Counted from the stretch's first letter, positions 16,683 to 26,318 are shown. The stretch: DNA of 34,463 nt from Collinsella sp. (GCA_036550635.1 JAXKFZ010000003.1:1-34463); one strand, 5' to 3'. A program made the numbers and translations. The notes: generated from the sequence alone by a model not told the origin.

Positions 16683-17690
16683 ATGCTGTTCGATGTTTGG
16701 GGTAGCGATACCCTTATCCACTGGGCCGGCTGGGCCATGGTCTTTATTGGCCTGATCGTGCTCAACGAGGTCGGCCGCCGCACCAAGCTCGGCGCAGCCA
16801 TCATCTTTGGCGTGGCTCCGCTGGCCATGACCATCTACTGCGTCGCCATCGCCGTCGGCGTTTCGCAGGGTGCCGAGTGGGCGCTCACCAACCCCACCCA
16901 TGTGTACCAGAACAGCTGGTTCCACTACGCCAAAGTGTACGCGGCGCTGGCCGGTTGCTGGGGCTTCATTGCCATTAAGTACCAGTGGGGCAAAATCGGC
17001 AAGGCGCATTGGTTCCGCGCGTGGCCGTTTGTGATCGTCGCCATCAACATCATGATCGCCGTCGTGTCCGACTTTGAGAGCGCCTATCACTTCTTTGTCC
17101 TGGGCGAGTCCACCTGGGTCACCTCCGAGGGCGCCACGCAGCTGGCCGGCTGGAACAACGTGTTCAACGGTATCGCGGGCATCATCAACATCTTCTGCAT
17201 GACCGGTTGGTGGAGCGTCTACGCCTCCGAGGACAAGACCGACATGCTGTGGCCCGACATGACCTGGGTCTACATCATCGCCTACGATATCTGGAACTTC
17301 TGCTACACCTACAACTGCCTGCCCACCCACTCCTGGTTCTGCGGCTTTGCGCTGCTGCTGGCGCCCACCGTCGCCGCCTTTATCTGGAACAAGGGCGGCT
17401 GGATTCAGAACCGCGCCTTTACGCTGGCCATTTGGTGCATGTTTGCCCAGGTGTTCCCGTACTTCCAGGAGGAGTCCATCTTTGTGACGCACTCCACGCT
17501 CGATCCCGGCGCCGCCACCGCGGTCTCGGTCGCCGCGCTAATCGCCAACATCGCCGCGATCATCTACGTCGCCTACCGTGCCAAGAAGCTCGGCCGCAAT
17601 CCCTACAAGCAGGATGTCTTTGAGGGCACCAGCGATTGGGAGAAGGCCACTGCCCGCCGCGCCAAGGTTGATTACGCGCACGCCGAGTAA
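16683..17690 (+). CDS. Polytopic membrane protein, DUF5692-like
   Basis: About 9 hydrophobic segments, Trp-rich, motifs WFHYAKVY, INIMIAV, DMLWPDM, YDIWNFCYTYNC and WIQNRA; AAAGGAG RBS. Confidence 0.75.
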   Translation: MLFDVWGSDTLIHWAGWAMVFIGLIVLNEVGRRTKLGAAIIFGVAPLAMTIYCVAIAVGVSQGAEWALTNPTHVYQNSWFHYAKVYAALAGCWGFIAIKYQWGKIGKAHWFRAWPFVIVAINIMIAVVSDFESAYHFFVLGESTWVTSEGATQLAGWNNVFNGIAGIINIFCMTGWWSVYASEDKTDMLWPDMTWVYIIAYDIWNFCYTYNCLPTHSWFCGFALLLAPTVAAFIWNKGGWIQNRAFTLAIWCMFAQVFPYFQEESIFVTHSTLDPGAATAVSVAALIANIAAIIYVAYRAKKLGRNPYKQDVFEGTSDWEKATARRAKVDYAHAE

Positions 17691-17761
17691 CGTGCCTGGC
17701 GCAGACATCGCTTGAGCGCGAAGCAGCATAGCCGGCTCCGCGCAACTCAACGCATTGCAGA

Positions 17762-17801
17762 GCCCCCGGAATGTGATTCGTTCGCGTTCCGGGGGCCTTT
17801 T
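17762..17801 (+). terminator. Intrinsic terminator
   Basis: GCCCCCGGAA...TTCCGGGGGC followed by CTTTT. Confidence 0.7.
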
Positions 17802-17923
17802 GCTGCCGCGAGGATGCGGCCGAACGATGCGCTCAGGTTAAATCAAATCTTATATTTCATACGCGCTTTATATGGCTCCATTTTTGGGTACAGTGTTGAG
17901 CCGATATTGAGCTTGGGGGATGT

Positions 17924-19420
17924 ATGAATGATGAGACGATGGGCCAAGAGGATGCGGCCCAAGATGCAGAAGCGTGTGCCGAAGCCCTGGAGAGCCTAGA
18001 CCGGATTTCACTTGATGAGATTGCGTTTGACGATTCGGGCGTTGATGTGCAGGATGAGTCGGAAGCCGAGGCGCAGTCCGATGATCAGGATGCAGACGAC
18101 GTTGAGCCTGCCGAAGATGAGGCAGATCACGAAGACACCGAATGCGAGGCCGACGACCAGCCCGAATCCGACACGAGCGAGGAAACCATCTTGCTCGACA
18201 ACTTGCCGGCCGAAGATTCGCTGACCCGCGAGCTCCCTGGCTTAGGCTCTGCGCCTGCCGTGGACGAGACCATCGCCATGGGCGATATTCCCCTGCCGTC
18301 CGTTCCCTCGGCACGCGAGGCCGAGGTTCGCCATCGCAAAATGTCGCCCAAGCGCCGCAATCTGATGGTTGCCGGCGTCGTAGCCGTCGCGCTTGTTGCC
18401 GGCGGCGCAGGCTATGCTGCCTGGAACGGATATCAACAAGAGCAGGCTGCCGTGCTTGCCGCAAACGCCCATACCATGATGTCGGTGCAGATTGGCGTGC
18501 ATGCCGCGGGCCTCGACTGCTCAACTGGCTCCAAGATTCCCGTGCAGGTGAGCGGACAAGATTCCGACGGTTCTTCCGTGAGCGAAACGCTCTACGTTGA
18601 CGAGCACGGCCGCGGCATCAAACTGCTGCCCGGCGATTACACGCTCTCCATCGCTGCCTCCCCCATCGCGGCCGACGGCACCATCTATACCGTCCCGACC
18701 ACCAAGACGCAGGTCACCGTTAAGAGCGATGGACAGGATTTAAGTGCCCAGGCCACCTTTAAGCTCAAGGTGCCTTCGGCCGACACGGTGACTGACGACC
18801 AGATCGATGCCGCCGCCAAGTATGCCGAGGAGGGCGGTGCGAGCTCCGCCGCGGCTGCCAAAGTGCTCCAGCAGGCAGCAACCGCGCGGCGCGACGCCGC
18901 CGTCAATGCCGTGAGCGCGCAAAAGGCACAGGCGTCCCGTGATGCTGACGCTCGCCACAAGGCAACCGACCTCTACCAGCTCGATATTCCCGTCGAGTGG
19001 TACGGCAAGGTCGCAACTTGGCAAAACGGAAGCACGCTATGCATCTATCTGGGCGACGACGCCAATACGCCGCTCGTGACGCTCGTCGCGGTGCGCGAGG
19101 GCGAGAGCTTTACGCCCGATGAAGGCGATACGGTTTTGGGCGCGGCCAATCTAGGCAACGGTTATACCGTCTACGCCAGCGGCCCCGTCTATCCGTACGT
19201 GGTGCCCCAGACCATCAACGGACAGACGCAGAACCCCGTGTCAACCTACCCCATGGACACGGCCATTGAGCTTGTCGAGCTTACGACCGGCAACCGCTAT
19301 ACGTATAGCCAGATCAAGAACGACCTGATTGGCAAAGACGGCAACGCAGACGCCGCCACCAAACTCGAGACCGACTACCTCGCGCAGATCCTGCTGCCGA
19401 GTATCAAAGCCCAGGACTAG
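17924..19420 (+). CDS. Hypothetical single-pass membrane protein with an acidic low-complexity N-terminus and a large extracytoplasmic region
   Basis: D/E-rich first ~110 aa, then KRRN and a hydrophobic helix, beta-rich domains and an Ala-rich helix; 498 aa. Confidence 0.8.
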   Translation: MNDETMGQEDAAQDAEACAEALESLDRISLDEIAFDDSGVDVQDESEAEAQSDDQDADDVEPAEDEADHEDTECEADDQPESDTSEETILLDNLPAEDSLTRELPGLGSAPAVDETIAMGDIPLPSVPSAREAEVRHRKMSPKRRNLMVAGVVAVALVAGGAGYAAWNGYQQEQAAVLAANAHTMMSVQIGVHAAGLDCSTGSKIPVQVSGQDSDGSSVSETLYVDEHGRGIKLLPGDYTLSIAASPIAADGTIYTVPTTKTQVTVKSDGQDLSAQATFKLKVPSADTVTDDQIDAAAKYAEEGGASSAAAAKVLQQAATARRDAAVNAVSAQKAQASRDADARHKATDLYQLDIPVEWYGKVATWQNGSTLCIYLGDDANTPLVTLVAVREGESFTPDEGDTVLGAANLGNGYTVYASGPVYPYVVPQTINGQTQNPVSTYPMDTAIELVELTTGNRYTYSQIKNDLIGKDGNADAATKLETDYLAQILLPSIKAQD

Positions 19421-19493
19421 CCTGGCGCAGCAAGGTGCTCCCCAACCGTGATGAGGGAGCCAGGAGGTCCTGACCCCACAGGTCCATAGATGA

Positions 19494-20846
19494 TTAGGCA
19501 AGGAGCCACTTCCATGCGGGCACAACGTGGACCACACCGTGCTCGCATGAAATATCGGTCTGTTCATCCATGGTAACGATTGCCGACTCGCCAAGATCGA
19601 ACTGGGCCATCGAGGCATCAAGCGCGGCAATTTCGCGCTCGCGCGTTTTCTCACGTGCCATATCCGCACTCACCTGAATCAGGCTATAAGCCCGCATGAG
19701 AAGCGCGTCCCCAGCCACAAAGTCCACCTCATGGCTTTTGCTCTTCTCTTTGATCAGCAGGCGACAGACCGAGCCGGTCCTCACCGCGGGAGTCTTTCTT
19801 CTTAGCGCATTGAACACTGCGGTCTCGAGCCTCTGGCCCTGGTCCAATGCCGATGCCGGAGAGAATGCTCCAAACATCGCAGGGTCGACAGCGTAGACCT
19901 TAGACGCAGACCGCATGTTATTTGCCAGTGAACGCGTGAACTCCGGCACAGAAAATAACAGGTAGGCGTCCTCATAATACTCAAGTAAATCGCTAAGCGA
20001 ATTACGACTGACGGGTATCTGTCTGCTCTTGAACTCGTTGTACACTTTGTTCACTGACAGCTCTCGTCCCGAAGATGCCATACACCGCGTCAAGAACAGC
20101 GATGCCAGGCGAGGGTTCTTGACGTCGTAACGTTCAACGACGTCCATGGCGACCGTTCGCGAAGCATATTCCTGTAGCAGCTGAATCGCGTCTGCAGGCG
20201 TCTGCTCAAGTGTCGCAATGAATCCCCCTCGTTCAAGATACCCGATCAGATGATGTCGAAGCAGCGCTGCATCGCTCGGGGAAAAGGTCGCATCTGGCTC
20301 GAGAACGCTCCCCGTCTTATATCGAACGTATTCCGAAAAACTCAACGGAAAAAGCTCTCGCACAAGAGAACGACCCCTGAACTCGCTCTTAAGTTCTGAG
20401 GACAGCATCTTAGAAGAAGATCCCGTCACATAGACGGTCGCTTTCTCCGTATCGACTACACGCCGCAGAAACGCACCCCATTCGGGAATTTCCTGGATCT
20501 CGTCAAAGAAAATGTAAGCGCCCTCGGTTCGAGCAACAGGATACAGCGCATAGAACGTGTCGAGCACGTCCGCCAGCAGCGATGGCTCATACGGGCGCAA
20601 GCGCTCATCCTCAAAATTGAAGTAAAGCATCCGGTCAAGCTCGACGCCCCGGCTCTGAAGCCGCCGCATCTCCTGATACAGGCGATACGTCTTTCCACAA
20701 CGGCGGGCCCCCACAATCACATTTACGATGTTGTCGCGCTTTGGCTCCTGTGGGTTTCCTAGATCAAGGTCTCGCTCAAAAACCTGCGGAACCCCCTGCT
20801 GTTCAAAGTCCTTTATTTTCTGGGCGATCAAGTCGTTGAATGCCAT
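19494..20846 (-). CDS. AAA+ ATPase, AAA_14 + DUF4143 type
   Basis: GARRCGKT (Walker A), FFDEIQ (Walker B), VTGSSS, GGF, KVYAVDP and C-terminal EVDFV...IQV (PD-(D/E)XK-like). Confidence 0.85.
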   Translation of the reverse strand: MAFNDLIAQKIKDFEQQGVPQVFERDLDLGNPQEPKRDNIVNVIVGARRCGKTYRLYQEMRRLQSRGVELDRMLYFNFEDERLRPYEPSLLADVLDTFYALYPVARTEGAYIFFDEIQEIPEWGAFLRRVVDTEKATVYVTGSSSKMLSSELKSEFRGRSLVRELFPLSFSEYVRYKTGSVLEPDATFSPSDAALLRHHLIGYLERGGFIATLEQTPADAIQLLQEYASRTVAMDVVERYDVKNPRLASLFLTRCMASSGRELSVNKVYNEFKSRQIPVSRNSLSDLLEYYEDAYLLFSVPEFTRSLANNMRSASKVYAVDPAMFGAFSPASALDQGQRLETAVFNALRRKTPAVRTGSVCRLLIKEKSKSHEVDFVAGDALLMRAYSLIQVSADMAREKTREREIAALDASMAQFDLGESAIVTMDEQTDISCEHGVVHVVPAWKWLLA

Positions 20847-20854
20847 GATTCTCC

Positions 20855-20943
20855 AATCTTGCTCTCTAGCTAATCAAAATTATAGCGATTCTTGATTAAT
20901 TAGAGAGCAAGATTATGTCTGACTTGATTAACACTTAAGCAAG
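20855..20943. promoter_or_regulatory. Three CTTG-N13-CAA(G/A) boxes at 32-33-bp spacing upstream of the ATPase; the first two form a 23-bp inverted repeat
   Basis: Boxes at 20858-20878, 20891-20911 and 20923-20943; inverted repeat arms at 20855-20877 and 20892-20914. Confidence 0.6.
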
Positions 20944-21076
20944 TTTTTTCACTATTACTGCTCGAAGGATGCCGAGTGGCTGAGAGGACAACCAAGCCCG
21001 AATGCGACTCCCTGGACAGTCGATTTGGGACGGGGCTTTTTTGACTACCGTCCCCCTGTAGAAAAATCCCTAACGC

Positions 21077-21143
21077 AGTTGCGGTGAAATAGGGATTGTT
21101 TTTGCTGGTCAAACCGCAAAACAGTCCCTATTTCACCGCAACT
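21077..21143. repeat. 67-bp palindromic element (family A), second copy
   Basis: Same 16-bp arms and 35-bp interior length as 12449-12515, with a different interior sequence. Confidence 0.9.
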
Positions 21144-21167
21144 TTTTGGTGGCCTTTTTGGTGGCAC

Positions 21168-21362
21168 TCAGCGCCAGGGGTCGGCTTCGAACATTGGCTC
21201 GCGCTCGGGGCGGCGATCGCTGTAGGGATCGTAGCCGTCATCGTCCTCGTTCTCGGCACGGATGTAGGGGTCGCGCGGCTTGGGTGCCGGTTTAGACGGA
21301 GTCTTCGGTGCGGCGGGCGCCGCCTCAGCCACCGGTGCGTTCGTCTTGTTCTCGTCTTTCAT
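21168..21362 (-). CDS. Small hypothetical protein (64 aa), Pro/Ala-rich with an acidic DDDGYDPYSD motif
   Basis: AAGGAG RBS 8 nt before ATG (MKDENK...); GC-rich codon usage. Confidence 0.65.
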   Translation of the reverse strand: MKDENKTNAPVAEAAPAAPKTPSKPAPKPRDPYIRAENEDDDGYDPYSDRRPEREPMFEADPWR

Positions 21363-21414
21363 CTGCATAGCTCCTTGCCATGTGCTCACGTTCAACACCA
21401 TCGATTGTCGCACG

Positions 21415-21451
21415 AAAAAGGGCGGCGGACCCAATCGGATCCGCCGCCCTT
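21415..21451 (-). terminator. clpB terminator
   Basis: AAGGGCGGCGGA / TCCGCCGCCCTT stem with a T-tract on the minus strand. Confidence 0.75.
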
Positions 21452-21494
21452 GGCGTTCGGCTCAAAAGGCAGATTTTAAGGCATGGCCCAAAAT

Positions 21495-24122
21495 CTACTC
21501 GGCGTCGGGGACCTCGTAGGTGGCCGCCGGCGTATTGTCGCACACGACGGTAAAGCCGCCGTCCTTGTCGACATCGACCGTCACCTGATCGCCCTCGCGC
21601 ACCGTGCCGTCGATGATAGCGGCGGCGATGGCATCCACGACCTCGCGCTGGACCAGACGCTTGAGCGGACGGGCGCCAAAGACCGGGTCCAGGCCGCCCA
21701 CGGCGAGCATCTGCTTGGCCGCCGGGGTGATGGCAAGCGTCATGCGCTCCTTGGCCAGACGCGCGCGGACGTCGGCGAGCTGGATGTCGACGATCTTCTC
21801 GATCTGCGCCATGCCGAGCGGATGGAACACCACGATATCGTCGATACGGTTGAGGAACTCGGGGCGGAAGGTCTGAGCCATGGCCGCGTTGACCTGATGG
21901 CGCATCTCCTCCTCGTCCTTGCCGGAAAGCTCGGCGATGGCCTTGGAACCCACGTTAGACGTCATGATGATGATCGTGTTCTTGAAGGACACCTGGCGAC
22001 CCTGACCGTCAGTCAGACGGCCGTCGTCAAGCACCTGCAGCAGCACGTTAAAGACATCCGGATGGGCCTTCTCCATCTCGTCGAGCAAGATCACGGAGTA
22101 CGGACGACGGCGCACGGCCTCGGTGAGCTGGCCGCCCTCGTCGTAGCCCACGTATCCCGGAGGCGCACCGATCAGACGCTGGACGCTGAACTTCTCCATA
22201 TACTCGGACATGTCGATACGCACGAGCGCACGCTCGTCATCGAACAGGCACTCGGCCAGCGCCTTGGCGAGCTCGGTCTTGCCCACGCCGGTGGGGCCCA
22301 GGAAGAAGAAGCTGCCGATGGGCTTGTCCGGATCGGAGAGACCCGCACGGCTGCGACGCACGGCCGCGGCGACAGCGGAGACCGCCTCGTCCTGGCCGAT
22401 GACGCGCTTATGCAGCTCGCCCTCCAGGCCCTTCAGCTTGTCGAGCTCGCCCTGCATCATCTTGGAGACGGGCACACCGGTCCAAGCGCTCACGACCTCG
22501 GCGATCTCATCGGAGGTCACCTGCTCGTTCAGGCCCTCGCCGTCCTGCTGCTTTTGCGCCTCGAGCGCGGCCTCGGAATCCTGAATCTGCTGCTGCAAGC
22601 CCGGGATCACGGAGTAGCGCAGCTCGGACGCACGGCCCAGGTCGCCATTGCGCGTCGCGCGCTCCTCTTCGCTCTTGGCCTCATCGAGCTGGCCCTTGAG
22701 CTCCTGCACGTGGTCGATGGCGTTCTTCTGGTTGAGCCAGCCGGCCTTTTGCACGTTGAGCTTTTCCTGAACCTCGGCAATCTCCTGGCGCAAGGCCTCC
22801 AGACGCTCCTTGGAAGCGTCATCGGTCTCCTTCATGAGTGCCTGCTCCTCGATCTGCAGCTGGGTGAGCTGACGCGTGGTGGCATCGATCTCGACCGGCA
22901 TGCTGTCGAGCTCCATGCGCAGGCGGCTTGCCGCCTCATCGACCAGGTCGATGGCCTTGTCGGGCAGGAAACGGTCGGCGATGTAGCGATCGGAGAGGTC
23001 GGCAGCTGCCACGAGCGCGCTATCGGTGATATGCACGCCGTGGAAGATCTCGTACTTCTCCTTCAAGCCACGCAGGATCGAAATGGTGTCCTCGACGGTG
23101 GGCTCGCTGACCATCACGGTCTGGAAACGACGGGCGAGCGCCGCGTCCTTCTCGATGTACTTGCGGTATTCGTCGAGCGTGGTCGCGCCGATCGCATGCA
23201 GGTCGCCACGGGCGAGCGCAGGCTTGAGGATGTTGCCGGCGTCCATGGAGCCCTCGGTGGCACCCGCGCCCACGATGGTGTGGAGCTCATCGATGAACAG
23301 GATGACCTTGCCCTCGGATTTTTGCACTTCTTTGAGCACGGCCTTCAAGCGGTCCTCGAACTCGCCGCGGTACTTGGCGCCGGCGACCAGCGCGCTCATG
23401 TCGAGCTCGATGAGGTCGCGGTCGCGCAGGGTGCTCGGCACGTCGCCGGCCACGATACGCTGGGCGATACCTTCGACGATGGCTGTCTTGCCGACGCCCG
23501 GCTCGCCAATGAGCACGGGGTTGTTCTTGGTGCGGCGGGACAGGACCTGGATGGTACGGCGAATCTCGTCGGTACGACCGATGACAGGGTCGAGCTTGCC
23601 GGCGCGGGCAAGGTCGCAGATGTTGCGTCCGTACTGCTCTAGTGCCTCAAACTGAGTCTTGTCCTCGGCAGACGTCACGCGGTCATCGCCGCGCAGCTCC
23701 TCATAGACCTGCTCGATGCGCTCCTTGGTCACGCTGGCATCGCGCAGCACGCGGCCCGCCTCGCCCTTGTCCTCGGCAAGCGCCATAAGCAGGTGCTCGG
23801 TCACCACAAAGCTGTCACCCATCTTGGTGGCCTTTTTCTCGGCCTTCTCGATGACACGGACGAGCTCGTTGGACAGGCCCATCTGCTGGCCCTCGCCCGA
23901 AACCTTGGGCGCGTGGTCGATGGCATCCTGTGTGGAGCGTGCAAGCTGAGCCGGGTCGGCACCGATGCGCTCAATGATCACGGAGATATTGCGCTCGCCG
24001 GCACCGAGCAGGGCAGACAGCAGGTGAATCGGCTCCACCGCGCCGGCCTGCGCGTCAGCAGCCGTGCTCATGGCGGTCTGCAACGCCTCGCGCGACGTCA
24101 TTGCTAGCTTATCGATTCTCAT
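21495..24122 (-). CDS. clpB: ATP-dependent chaperone ClpB
   Basis: Two AAA modules ([16 protein letters not shown]), coiled-coil middle domain, GAPPGYVGY and GARPLKR motifs; 875 aa. Confidence 0.97.
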   Translation of the reverse strand: MRIDKLAMTSREALQTAMSTAADAQAGAVEPIHLLSALLGAGERNISVIIERIGADPAQLARSTQDAIDHAPKVSGEGQQMGLSNELVRVIEKAEKKATKMGDSFVVTEHLLMALAEDKGEAGRVLRDASVTKERIEQVYEELRGDDRVTSAEDKTQFEALEQYGRNICDLARAGKLDPVIGRTDEIRRTIQVLSRRTKNNPVLIGEPGVGKTAIVEGIAQRIVAGDVPSTLRDRDLIELDMSALVAGAKYRGEFEDRLKAVLKEVQKSEGKVILFIDELHTIVGAGATEGSMDAGNILKPALARGDLHAIGATTLDEYRKYIEKDAALARRFQTVMVSEPTVEDTISILRGLKEKYEIFHGVHITDSALVAAADLSDRYIADRFLPDKAIDLVDEAASRLRMELDSMPVEIDATTRQLTQLQIEEQALMKETDDASKERLEALRQEIAEVQEKLNVQKAGWLNQKNAIDHVQELKGQLDEAKSEEERATRNGDLGRASELRYSVIPGLQQQIQDSEAALEAQKQQDGEGLNEQVTSDEIAEVVSAWTGVPVSKMMQGELDKLKGLEGELHKRVIGQDEAVSAVAAAVRRSRAGLSDPDKPIGSFFFLGPTGVGKTELAKALAECLFDDERALVRIDMSEYMEKFSVQRLIGAPPGYVGYDEGGQLTEAVRRRPYSVILLDEMEKAHPDVFNVLLQVLDDGRLTDGQGRQVSFKNTIIIMTSNVGSKAIAELSGKDEEEMRHQVNAAMAQTFRPEFLNRIDDIVVFHPLGMAQIEKIVDIQLADVRARLAKERMTLAITPAAKQMLAVGGLDPVFGARPLKRLVQREVVDAIAAAIIDGTVREGDQVTVDVDKDGGFTVVCDNTPAATYEVPDAE

Positions 24123-24211
24123 GGAATCACCTCTCTTGGGGCGGCCGCCCTACGGGGCGGCTTCACGTTGTTCGAGAAGTATTGTTGCCAGCTTTGCGCG
24201 ATCTTATACAC

Positions 24212-24238
24212 AAATCTAAGTCTCTATATATAAGATTT
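24212..24238. promoter_or_regulatory. HAIR-like (probable HspR) operator AAATCTAAGT-N7-TATAAGATTT upstream of clpB
   Basis: Both 10-bp arms and the 7-bp spacing are identical to the site upstream of dnaK (33760-33786). Confidence 0.75.
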
Positions 24239-24300
24239 TCTGAGTGATTGAAAGATAGGAAGCAGGTGCGCTCACCCGCTACGGCCTCGTCCCCTTACTA

Positions 24301-24436
24301 TCTCAATCTGTAACATCTAGTCAGCAAATAGAGCTCTATCTGTTACAAATCGAGACGAACAGAAAACACCCGGATCAAAAATCTAAATCTGTAACACCAG
24401 GCCCACTTTTAGCGGCCAAGATGTTACAGATCGAGA
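24301..24436. repeat. Pair of 55-bp palindromic units (family B): TCTCRATCTGTAACA-N25-TGTTACAGATYGAGA
   Basis: Units at 24301-24355 and 24382-24436. Confidence 0.88.
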
Positions 24437-24446
24437 CAGACCGAAA

Positions 24447-24481
24447 ACCACCACAAAGAGGGCAGGCACCTTTGTGGTGGT
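24447..24481 (+). repeat. 35-bp hairpin repeat R1: ACCACCACAAAG-N11-CTTTGTGGTGGT
   Basis: Loop AGGGCAGGCAC; four copies between 24447 and 26353. Confidence 0.92.
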
Positions 24482-24489
24482 CGCGGTCT

Positions 24490-25161
24490 CTACTCCTTCG
24501 CCGAACCCGTACTTCCCGATTCGACGGTCCAGGGCATCTCATCCTCGAACAGCCATGTACGGGCAGACCCACTATCGCGTGCAGTCTGCGGGTCAGGCAA
24601 GCAGGTCTGTTTATAGGCATCTTGGATACACTGACCCATAAAATCGTTGAGCTCGGTCTGGTCGCCCTCCATGACATAGGCGACATCGCCGTCCATGATG
24701 TAGATGCCCGGACCCTCATTGCCCTCGTAGCCCGGATCGTACGAGACATCACATAACTTTGCGCCGTTTGCAGTGTCCAGCTCGATGGAAGAGTGGCATC
24801 CGCCAACCATGTCGTTCGCTTTTGCCCGATAGGACGCATATCCGTACCAACGCTTAAATGTTTTGCCCTTGAGTAGCTCGGACGCCCTATCGATCAGGCT
24901 TGTATCCGTGGTATAGCGCATGGCCCCAAGCTGAATACGCGGATAATTGCTAATACCCAGCACAGCCGGCTGCTCATCAAAATCAACGGTAATGGTCTCG
25001 GGCTTGTCGTCGCCGGTCAGAAGTTCGACAGATTGAGTCACAGGCTTGACCACCGGCTCCGTCACCGCAGCAGGTAGAAATGCCATACCGACAGCGCCCG
25101 CGCCAACCACAGCGATCGCAAGCGCCAAGACAATCAATCCAATACGGGCAGGACTTCTCAC
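24490..25161 (-). CDS. Hypothetical membrane-anchored or secreted protein (about 223 aa)
   Basis: GTG start after GAGGTG; N-terminal hydrophobic helix; no recognisable domain; stop codon 8 bp from R1. Confidence 0.7.
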   Translation of the reverse strand: MRSPARIGLIVLALAIAVVGAGAVGMAFLPAAVTEPVVKPVTQSVELLTGDDKPETITVDFDEQPAVLGISNYPRIQLGAMRYTTDTSLIDRASELLKGKTFKRWYGYASYRAKANDMVGGCHSSIELDTANGAKLCDVSYDPGYEGNEGPGIYIMDGDVAYVMEGDQTELNDFMGQCIQDAYKQTCLPDPQTARDSGSARTWLFEDEMPWTVESGSTGSAKE

Positions 25162-25250
25162 AGCAAAGCACCTCACAATGCAAGCCTTCACCACCTGCAC
25201 TAATGATATCGCCAGCCAGCACTATTACCTAAAGGAGCCGCGCGCTCCTC

Positions 25251-25285
25251 ACCACCACAAGGGGGACAGGCACCTTTGTGGTGGT
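25251..25285 (+). repeat. 35-bp hairpin repeat R2
   Basis: ACCACCACAAGG-GGGACAGGCAC-CTTTGTGGTGGT followed by TTTCGAC. Confidence 0.92.
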
Positions 25286-25395
25286 TTTCGACGCTAACGG
25301 TCGACCATCTCGCGCCATGAGATTAAACTTGAATTGTTCTCTGAACATATCCATTTCTGCCTATCCTCAACAGATCTTTGTCTCGAGGAGCGCAT

Positions 25396-26064
25396 ATGAA
25401 GCCGTCTCATTCCACCGGTCGCAACGTCATCGCCATTCTCGCCATACCCATCGTGATGCTCTTCCTTATCGTCATCACGCCCTTTTCTTTTGGTATCGCC
25501 TCGCCCTTCGATCTTTGCGGGATGATCGACGCCGGCTCGCGTGCCACCTCGCTCTCCTTTGTCTGCCGTGGCGTGTTCTACGAATATGCAATTCCCACCG
25601 GAAGTTGGCAGTCCAAGTTACCGTTGCTCGGCAAGGTCGACGGATGCTCCCCCTATTTCTGCCTTGAACCTCAGGCGCTAAACTATCTGATCGACGACCA
25701 GCCACTCGACTCCATCACCCTCGCCTACGACTACGCACCAAACACCGATAAGCGTCACATGAACCAAGTCCTCGACAAGATGCTTGGACAGTGCGGGCTC
25801 ACCGAGGAGGCCGGTCGAACCATCTATAGCAACCAGAAATTAAAGCGAACAGAACTCCGCCGTGTCGGAAAAATCAAAGGGCGAAACGGGGCCGCCTACT
25901 GGGATGCTTGGGCAACACGCGACAAGGGCGAATTCGGACACAGCACCTATATGGTCACTGTCTACACCAAAGACGGAATTAAGGACAATGTTGACGATTT
26001 CGCGTCATCCAAACTCGGCATCCCCAAAACAATCAAGCCCGCCAGCCCAGATGAAATCCTGTAG
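25396..26064 (+). CDS. Hypothetical membrane-anchored protein (222 aa)
   Basis: ATG after GAGGAG; N-terminal TM helix VIAILAIPIVMLFLIVITPF; no recognisable domain. Confidence 0.72.
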   Translation: MKPSHSTGRNVIAILAIPIVMLFLIVITPFSFGIASPFDLCGMIDAGSRATSLSFVCRGVFYEYAIPTGSWQSKLPLLGKVDGCSPYFCLEPQALNYLIDDQPLDSITLAYDYAPNTDKRHMNQVLDKMLGQCGLTEEAGRTIYSNQKLKRTELRRVGKIKGRNGAAYWDAWATRDKGEFGHSTYMVTVYTKDGIKDNVDDFASSKLGIPKTIKPASPDEIL

Positions 26065-26118
26065 AGACGCTCATTAGAATGTCGTTCAGCGAGCACGGCA
26101 GCATCGAGCTCGCCCCCC

Positions 26119-26153
26119 ACCACCACGAAAGGGACAGGCCCCTTTGTGGTGGT
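26119..26153 (+). repeat. 35-bp hairpin repeat R3
   Basis: ACCACCACGAAA-GGGACAGGCCC-CTTTGTGGTGGT followed by TTTCGGC. Confidence 0.9.
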
Positions 26154-26175
26154 TTTCGGCTCTGGCACTCGACTG

Positions 26176-26310
26176 TCTCGATCTGTAACATCTAGCGGCC
26201 CTTTTCGATCTTAGATGTTACAGATTGAGATGAAATGATCAGCGGCGATCGTTTGTCTCAATCTGTAACAACCGCTCGTCAAATAGGGGCCCAGATGTTA
26301 CAGGTCGAGA
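26176..26310. repeat. Second pair of 55-bp family-B palindromic units
   Basis: Units at 26176-26230 and 26256-26310. Confidence 0.88.
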
Positions 26311-26318
26311 CAAACGGG

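Noticed and set aside
24139..24162. RNA thermometer in the clpB leader (GCCGCCC-N4-GGGCGGC hairpin)
   Set aside because: The stem is all G-C and lies upstream of the RBS rather than over it, so there is no support for melting-controlled translation.
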